A stretch of DNA of 63,631 bases, counting the filler, from Craspedostauros australis (lineage: Eukaryota): the NCBI GenBank assembly GCA_030167865.1. It is 16 parts of 16 records of this genome, joined end to end, with 100 filler letters (N's around TTAATTAATTAA, not from the genome) between each part and the next. Parts side by side here need not be neighbours in the genome. Positions count along the whole stretch, not along the records: positions 56,879 to 59,310 come from JALAGF010004482.1; positions 59,411 to 61,554 come from JALAGF010004485.1; positions 61,655 to 63,631 come from JALAGF010004491.1; 13 more parts are not named here. One strand, 5' to 3'. Each line of letters starts with the position of its first letter. Position 1 is the stretch's first letter. The position numbers were made by a program, and so were the translations under genes. Below are positions 57,344 to 63,631 of the stretch, one piece after another. The notes beneath the pieces were generated by a model. The model was given only the letters and a program-made list of their open reading frames with translations, was not told the origin of the DNA and did no database searches.

Positions 57344-58590
57344 TTAGTACAAGAATCGACCAAGCAGCATCTCACGCTTCGGGGCTGCCATTGTCTTCGT
57401 GAATATGTCCGCCAGGTTTGTCATGGTATCCTCTTTCGCTATGCGAATGACACCGCTGGCAACAGCCTCTCGGCATCGGTGGTAGGAGATGCTGTGGTGC
57501 TTCTTCGACAGTGTCGAGTGGGGTGTTGATGCATTCTTGAAGACTGCCTCGTTGTCGCAGAACGTATTCGTCGGTCCCTCGATAGGTACCCCAAACATGC
57601 GCAGCTTGTATCGAAGCGATGACACCATCTCCACTGCGAGCCTCATCGCAGTGAACTCTGACCCAAAGGTAGAGGTCTCCACCGAGTTCTGCCTCTTGCT
57701 GTACCATAGAACCNNNNNNNNNNNNNNNNNNNNTAGTATCCCCGTTTGCGATCGCCTTGTCGCCTTGTCAGCTGCGTGGTTGGCATCCACGAAGCAATGT
57801 GTCGATGCTGTGTTGCCTCTGGGCTCTGGCATGTCCATTGGCATGGCTTCCTCAGCGTCGTGGTAGAAGTCCTCCCATTCAAATGACTGGAAGCGGTCTT
57901 CTGATATCCTAGGGTGATCAGGGTCCATCAGCATCGTTCGTCGCGAAGTGTTCTTCAGGTATCCGAAGATGTGGTAAGCCTGCTCAAGATGTCCGACCCG
58001 TGGCATGGCGAGGTGGGATGACAGCAGTGACACTTCCAGCAAGATTTCGACTCTGCCAATCTCAATTGCCCATCGCAGCACTCCGATCAGCTCCTGGAAC
58101 CGCCGCAATCCGTCTGATTTGAGTTCTGGCATCTCATCTTCTGCTGGATGGTAGCTGCAAGTGAATGGTGTCCGGCATCCTGATGGTAGTCGTAGTCCTT
58201 GCTTGTCCAGCTTCTCCTCGACGTTCTCGATGGCTGCCTTGCAGTATTTCTCCGATGACACACTCCAACACCGCGTGCCATGTTCATTGCTCTTCTGACT
58301 GAGTGATGCACCAAGATACATGCCTGGTGGCTCAACCTTGTCCCCTTTCAATTTGAAGACAGAAGCAACGCCATCGATGACCTCTCTGGGCTTATGGCTC
58401 ATCGCCATCACGTCGTCAACATAGCAAAGCACGATCTTGTAGTATTCGAAACCGTCGGGTTTGGTAGCCGCTCGTAGCCATACGTCTGGATCAGCCTTCG
58501 ATGATCGGAATGAGCTGTCATGAAGTACACCTGCCAATTTGGCCCGAAATGCTGCTCCAGAGGACTTCAACCCGTACAGAGCTTTGCGCA
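57344..58590 (-). pseudogene. pol: Family D CoDi-type RT C-terminus plus RNase H, interrupted by a family-A LTR
   Basis: RKALYGLKSSGAAF, YVDDV, FVDANHA.D..RRSQTG, SVETSTFGSEF, CDNEAV, NLADIFTK. Confidence 0.92.
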
Positions 58591-59212
58591 TGTTAGAACG
58601 AAATCAAGGATGGGATTCCGCACCGAAACGTAGAGTGATCAGATCGTTGTTGTTGGTGAGGAGAGTGTTTGTTTACTGTATTATTCGTATGAGTAGTAGA
58701 ATGCGGGCGAGCTCACAAGATAGTTTCTTGAGAACTGTGAGCATGAAAGGGGCATGACATGATCTCATGCAATTGCAAGTAAAATTAACACGGAGACAAC
58801 ACGACAAATGTGCGTGTTACTGCGTGAAGAAGATTTGCAAAAGTCAATGAACAAAACACCGCGATACCCCGTGTTGTGAATTATGTCTTCTCACGATGTT
58901 GCTAGTAGTACGATCACACGATTGATCATATTCACTTGAGAAGGTCATGGCAAGATTCGCACGTGTCGCACCCAAGACCGAAGTCTGTCCTGATTGGGCA
59001 GAGAGGTTCATCTTGGCAAGAAATTCATTTCCGCGACATCCGAAATCTATGATTGACGGGAAAACGGTTCTTGCGACGCGAAATGTGACACAAATTTGAC
59101 ACAACGGATTTTCGACCAAAATTTTCGTTCGGAACGGAAAAAAGAAGAAAAGTGGAGATTTCTGATTGGTCGACGGGTGTCGCTATTGTTAGAGATTTAG
59201 CGTGCGCTAATA
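58591..59212 (-). mobile_element. Complete family A 3' LTR (622 bp), preceded by a PPT and the RNase H end (59237-59310)
   Basis: TATTAG...TTCTAACA on the minus strand; matches 17822-18246 and 63442-63631. Confidence 0.92.
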
Positions 59213-59410
59213 CTCCCCAAAGCGTATCCCGGACATTCAGGTCTTGTAGGTCGGGGTAGAGGACTCGGTGTGTCCTTTCCAGAAGAGGATGGGCTTCACG
59301 AGGGGCCAGANNNNNNNNNNNNNNNNNNNNNNNNNNNNNNNNNNNNNNNNNNNNTTAATTAATTAANNNNNNNNNNNNNNNNNNNNNNNNNNNNNNNNNN
59401 NNNNNNNNNN

Positions 59411-60990
59411 AGTCTCCCAACAGGAGCCAAACGTGTCTCGGTGACTCTCACGGAAACCGGCATGATGTGGGACAGCTTCGTCGGATTGGCACAGCCGATC
59501 GATGAGCGCGAAGAACCCTACGACCCAGTGGAGAATCTGCAAGGCGAACTGAGTCTTGAGGAGGCCAAGTGCGCTGCACGGAGATCCCAGCTGCTCGTAG
59601 TGAGTGACGGATCATTCAAAGATTCCAGAGGGACCGCGGCTTCTATTCTGTACGACGAGGCGACAACAGCAAGCATGACATGCCAGACGTTCGTCCCGGG
59701 CCCGTCCGAAGCGCAAAGTGCTTACAGAAGCGAACTCGCGGGAATCTGGGCGTCGCTTACCGTGATTGCCAGGAAGCGAGGTCTGGACGCCTTGTGTGCG
59801 ATTACCATTGCACTTGACGGCAAGCAGGCGATGTTGCAGGCCCAAGAGGATGGGCTACGCCCAGGCCAACGCGACTGGGATGTCCTGACTGAGATTTGAG
59901 AGCTGCAGCACAGGATTCTGGCGATACTGCACTGGAAGTGGGTGAAAGGCCACCAGGATGACACTGGCAAGCAACTGACAACGCTGGAGAAANNNNNNNN
60001 NNNNNNNNNNNNNNNNNNNNNNNNNNNNNNNNNNNNNNNNNNNNNNNNNNNNNNNNNNNNNNNNNNNNNNNNNNNNNNNNNNNNNNNNNNGTTACGTCTC
60101 CGCAACGCCGACTACTCGCATGTGGACGCGAAGGAGCTCCACGAGCTGCTGCAGTCTGCCGACGCAGCTACCTATTGGGCATCAAGTTCCAGTGGGACGA
60201 AGATCAACTGACGCAGGTGGACTGGTACACATACAAGAAGACGCGCGCGGCCAAGAAGAACAAAGAGGTGGCAAAGTTTGTCTCAAAGTGGTCATCAGGC
60301 TTCGTCGGAGTCAACAAGAAGCTGCACCAGGTTGGTCAGCGAGAGACGCCAAAGTGTCAGTTCTGCCAGCAGGAAGAGACGACGATGCATGTGCTCCGCT
60401 GTAGCAAACACCAGGAAGCCTGGCAGACCTCTACGTCAGAACTTCTCGACCGCATGGTGCGGGTAGGCACATGTCCGCGACTGGTGCGAAATATGAGAGT
60501 GGGGCTGGTGAAATGGAGGCGAAAGCTCCAAGTGGACAGGCCACAAAGTTACATCGGTTGGTACCCCCTCCTGCTTGGTTTCATCCATAAGAATTGGGCC
60601 CGCCAGCAGACACAGTGGATGACGACGAAAAAGGGCATATATCCAGACGCGAGAGCGTGAGCGCGAGAGATGGTGCGGTGGATCTGGAAAGTACCGTGGA
60701 CGGTTTGGATTGCCAGGAACGAAAAAGTACATGACGTAGATCAGCATCCGACGATGAAGGACCTGCGCCGACAGGTGCAACGGATGCAACAGAGCGCGAG
60801 CAGCGACATGACGGCATCGGAGCTTCATCTGCTCAGGGATGGCCGGAATATTGAGTATGATACTGAGCTGCAAATGCAGCAGCGGGTGCACTCTATGACG
60901 GCGGTACAAGTGGCAGTGAAGGCCAGACGCAGGGCTCGATCTATGCAGGCAGAACAGCAGGCCATGGCAGCATGGTTGGGAATAGGATGA
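59411..60990 (+). pseudogene. 3' part of an Ambal-like non-LTR retrotransposon ORF (RNase H plus C-terminal Zn motif), disrupted
   Basis: VSDGSFK, QSAYRSELAG, WKWVKGHQD (RNase HI-like); VDW..KW.SG, CQFC..ETTMHVLRC, IGW..LLG, W..RN..VH. Stops at 59897-59899 and 60658-60660 and a frameshift near 60175. Confidence 0.8.
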
Positions 60991-61654
60991 GTGGCAACTT
61001 GATGGCTTGCTCAAAGCCTGGTCCTACAGGGCCGGCGGCGGCGAGGGTAAAGCCTTGAGGCACATCTATGATGTAATCACTGAGTGATTATTATTAGCAG
61101 AGTGAACAGCCATTCTGCCTATCGTGGCTCCGACATTGGGACCTGCTGGGCGAGCTGGCAAAGGTGGGTGGGGATGGGTCATGGTGGCAGCTCTTGGAGT
61201 GTTTGGAAGTAAAATCCCATGCGCTGGGATATCACATCGCGCTCTCCTTCCTCGTGAAGCGCGTGGTTCCGACTAGACCGCTGTTGCAGCATCATGTGCC
61301 ATAGCTCGTGGATCACCTCTGCCTGTCAGTGGATGGGCCAGCAGCGGTCTGGGGATGGAGGAGGGTTGGGGCTGTGCTTTGGGGAAATCTAGAGTGGGAA
61401 CACATACAAGGCAAGTGCTACATATGACCTGTATGACAGAAACACGGAAACGGAACAGTAGACAGTGATCCCAACAAGCACGAACATGCATGTGGAAGCG
61501 TTGAGCATTCATTTTTGTTTGCTGTGAATGGAAACAACAAGTGGAGAGGAAGGANNNNNNNNNNNNNNNNNNNNNNNNNNNNNNNNNNNNNNNNNNNNTT
61601 AATTAATTAANNNNNNNNNNNNNNNNNNNNNNNNNNNNNNNNNNNNNNNNNNNN

Positions 61655-63121
61655 AGCGTTGTTGGCAGCTCGGTGGGAGTCAGCCTTGCCCTTGCCCTTG
61701 TTCTTGCGCCACTTGCCCTTGGCCTCAAGGAAAGCCTTGCGCTGATCCTTGGACATCTCACGCCATTCGTCATTGGGAATGGAACGGCGGTCGTCCTTGG
61801 CATAGTCCTTGCCATTGCCTTTGCCAGCAGAGCCGCTGGTCTTGGCGTTGTTGACCTTGCGCCGAGATGTGGTGCGAGGCTGGTTGGCATCAAGGGACTG
61901 CGCCTCATCACGGACGAACTCGAGGAGGTCTTCGAAGGAGACACCGACCTTGATGAAGCCGCGAGATTGCTTGTGACGTTGGCGGGAGTTGGACTTGACG
62001 TTGGTGTAGGCCCGAGTCAAGTCGACATCGGGACCGATGGCGGTGCGCAACCATTGCTGCTTGACCGCCTCATCGACACATGCATCATTGAGCTCTTCGA
62101 TGTCATTGAGCTTGGTTTCCCAGGCATCGAGGAATTGCTCGCGGGTCTTGGTCCAAGTCTGGTCCAAACGGAAGGCGACGATGGCATCGCGGTACTTGAT
62201 GGACAGAGTCTCGCCGACGACGCCACTGGTGTAGCTGTCAACGAGATCAGCGTAGGCCGCACGTCCATCGCAAGACTTCTTGTAGGCACGGATGATGCGC
62301 CGACTCTTGGAAGTCTTGACATGCTCAGTGAGCACGGCGAAGAGGTAGCGATTCTGGCTCGCGAAGAAGGCCTCGTCCTTGGGTGCTGGCATGAAGTCCA
62401 TATCGAGATGGTGGTTGAGTCCATGAGAGAAGGAAAGAGTCTCGAAGGTCCGCATGAAGGTGAGGAAGTGCTTGTCGTCCTTCAATGTCGGAAGTGACAG
62501 ACTCTCCCGCTTGGTCGCCTTGCTGAACTCCTTGACATAGTCAGCCGGTAGCTCCATGGCTTGGACACCTTGGAAGTTGGAAGAGGGTGCCATGGATGGA
62601 GTCACAGGCGGTTGCGGGAAGGCAGGATCAGGCACCGAAGCCGAAGGATCGAATGCGAAGTTCACATGCGGAGGTTCTTCAGGCACCGGACGGAATGCGG
62701 ATGCTGGAGTGGTGTGGTGGCCCATGCCCAACGGAGACGGAATGGGAGAGCTTGCAGTCGAATGCGATCGCGAAGATGGAAGGGAAGGGTTGTTCTGCTC
62801 AGCCGTGAACGCCATGAACGAGGTACGATCGAGATCGTTCCAGGTGTTGTCGTCGAGGATAGCTTGGGTGAGATACCACTTGCCAAGGTTGAGGATCTTG
62901 CGGATGTGGTTCACTCCGAGTACGGCGACGATGGTTTCGCCATCATCGATATCATCGCGAAGTTGGAAGCTGCGAAGGTCATCTTCGGTGAGCGAGACAA
63001 GGTCAAGAGGACTGACGATGTCCGCATGGGCGATGATGTCGCGAGGAGTGGAGTCCGAAGGGATGCCGATGACACCGAGGATGTGATCCAAGGTGGCGAG
63101 GTCCGTCTCAGGAGTCGACAT
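61655..63121 (-). CDS. gag: Family A Gag, truncated by contig end
   Basis: MSTPETD start; C-terminal part near-identical to 13121-13690; DGRAAYADL motif; downstream of LTR and PBS. Confidence 0.9.
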
Positions 63122-63411
63122 GATTGGCGATGGATGGATGGCGAGGGTGGATGCGGATGCTGAAGGCTGAAGGGTGGTTGAGGCTGGAGTGCACTGACTG
63201 AATCGTCTTCTGGTGCGGGAGGGTGCTGCAGGAAGTCTTGGATGGCTGAGTGGGAAGGCCCGNNNNNNNNNNNNNNNNNNNNNNNNNNNNNNNNNNNNNN
63301 NNNNNNNNNNNNNNNGGAAAGCCGAAATCACGTCGTCACGTGATGGAAGGTGAAGGGATCGCTCGTGGATGGACGAGGGATGAAGGATGGATGGATTGTC
63401 AAGCAATCAAT

Positions 63412-63441
63412 TCAGTAGGTGAAAGCTTGCGACTGTTAATC
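63412..63441 (-). promoter_or_regulatory. PBS complementary to the 5' half of tRNA-Asn(GUU)
   Basis: The plus strand reads TCAGTAGGTGAAAGCT-TGCGA-CTGTTAA-TC, i.e. a D-arm-like stretch, anticodon stem, GTT loop and positions 39-40, abutting the LTR end. Confidence 0.78.
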
Positions 63442-63631
63442 TGTTAGAACGAAATCAAGGATGGGATTCCGCACCAAAACGTAGAGTGATCAGATCGTTG
63501 TTGGGGTGAGGATGAGTGTTGTTATTGAGTATTATTCGTATGAGTAGTGGAATGCGGGCGAGCTCACAAGATGGTTTCTTGAGAACTGTGAGCATGAGAG
63601 AGGCATGACATGATCTCATGCAATTGCAAGT
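63442..63631 (-). mobile_element. Family A 5' LTR (3' part; continues beyond the window)
   Basis: Closely similar to 58591-58780; ends ...TTCTAACA on the minus strand. Confidence 0.92.

Noticed and set aside
63412..63441. Possible tRNA-Asn gene
   Set aside because: Only D-arm and anticodon-like sequence is present and it ends at the LTR; there is no T-arm or acceptor stem. Interpreted as a PBS.

Overview
This is a eukaryotic, transposon-dense window, most likely from a diatom: it has CoDi-type Ty1/copia elements, an Ambal-type LINE and a diatom-style TPR-like gene family member. It is not one continuous locus. About 16 contig pieces are joined by an artificial 100-nt linker (N44-TTAATTAATTAA-N44), so gene neighbourhoods cannot be read across linkers. 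Only the contig at 2281-12941 carries clear host genes: a PA+RING-H2 E3 ligase, a TPR-like protein and an acidic helical-repeat protein. The rest consists of nested, often decayed LTR retrotransposons from several families, DNA-transposon fragments (piggyBac-like, Sola-like, Harbinger/ISL2EU-like), a complete 2.4-kb foldback-type element with a perfect 10-bp TSD, and tandem-repeat arrays. The most interesting signals are: (1) a copia family whose polyprotein has a hydrophobic, membrane-spanning-like segment between Gag and protease, plus two extra domains between integrase and RT that align without gaps across divergent copies; (2) a PBS matching the 5' half of tRNA-Asn; (3) an in-frame UGA plus hairpin between gag and pol, a readthrough candidate; (4) an IN/RT-deleted copia ORF with an ~840-codon extension after RNase H; (5) the foldback element, which shares terminal motifs with a palindromic array beside a piggyBac-like transposase. 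All calls come from reading the sequence by eye; no database searches were run.
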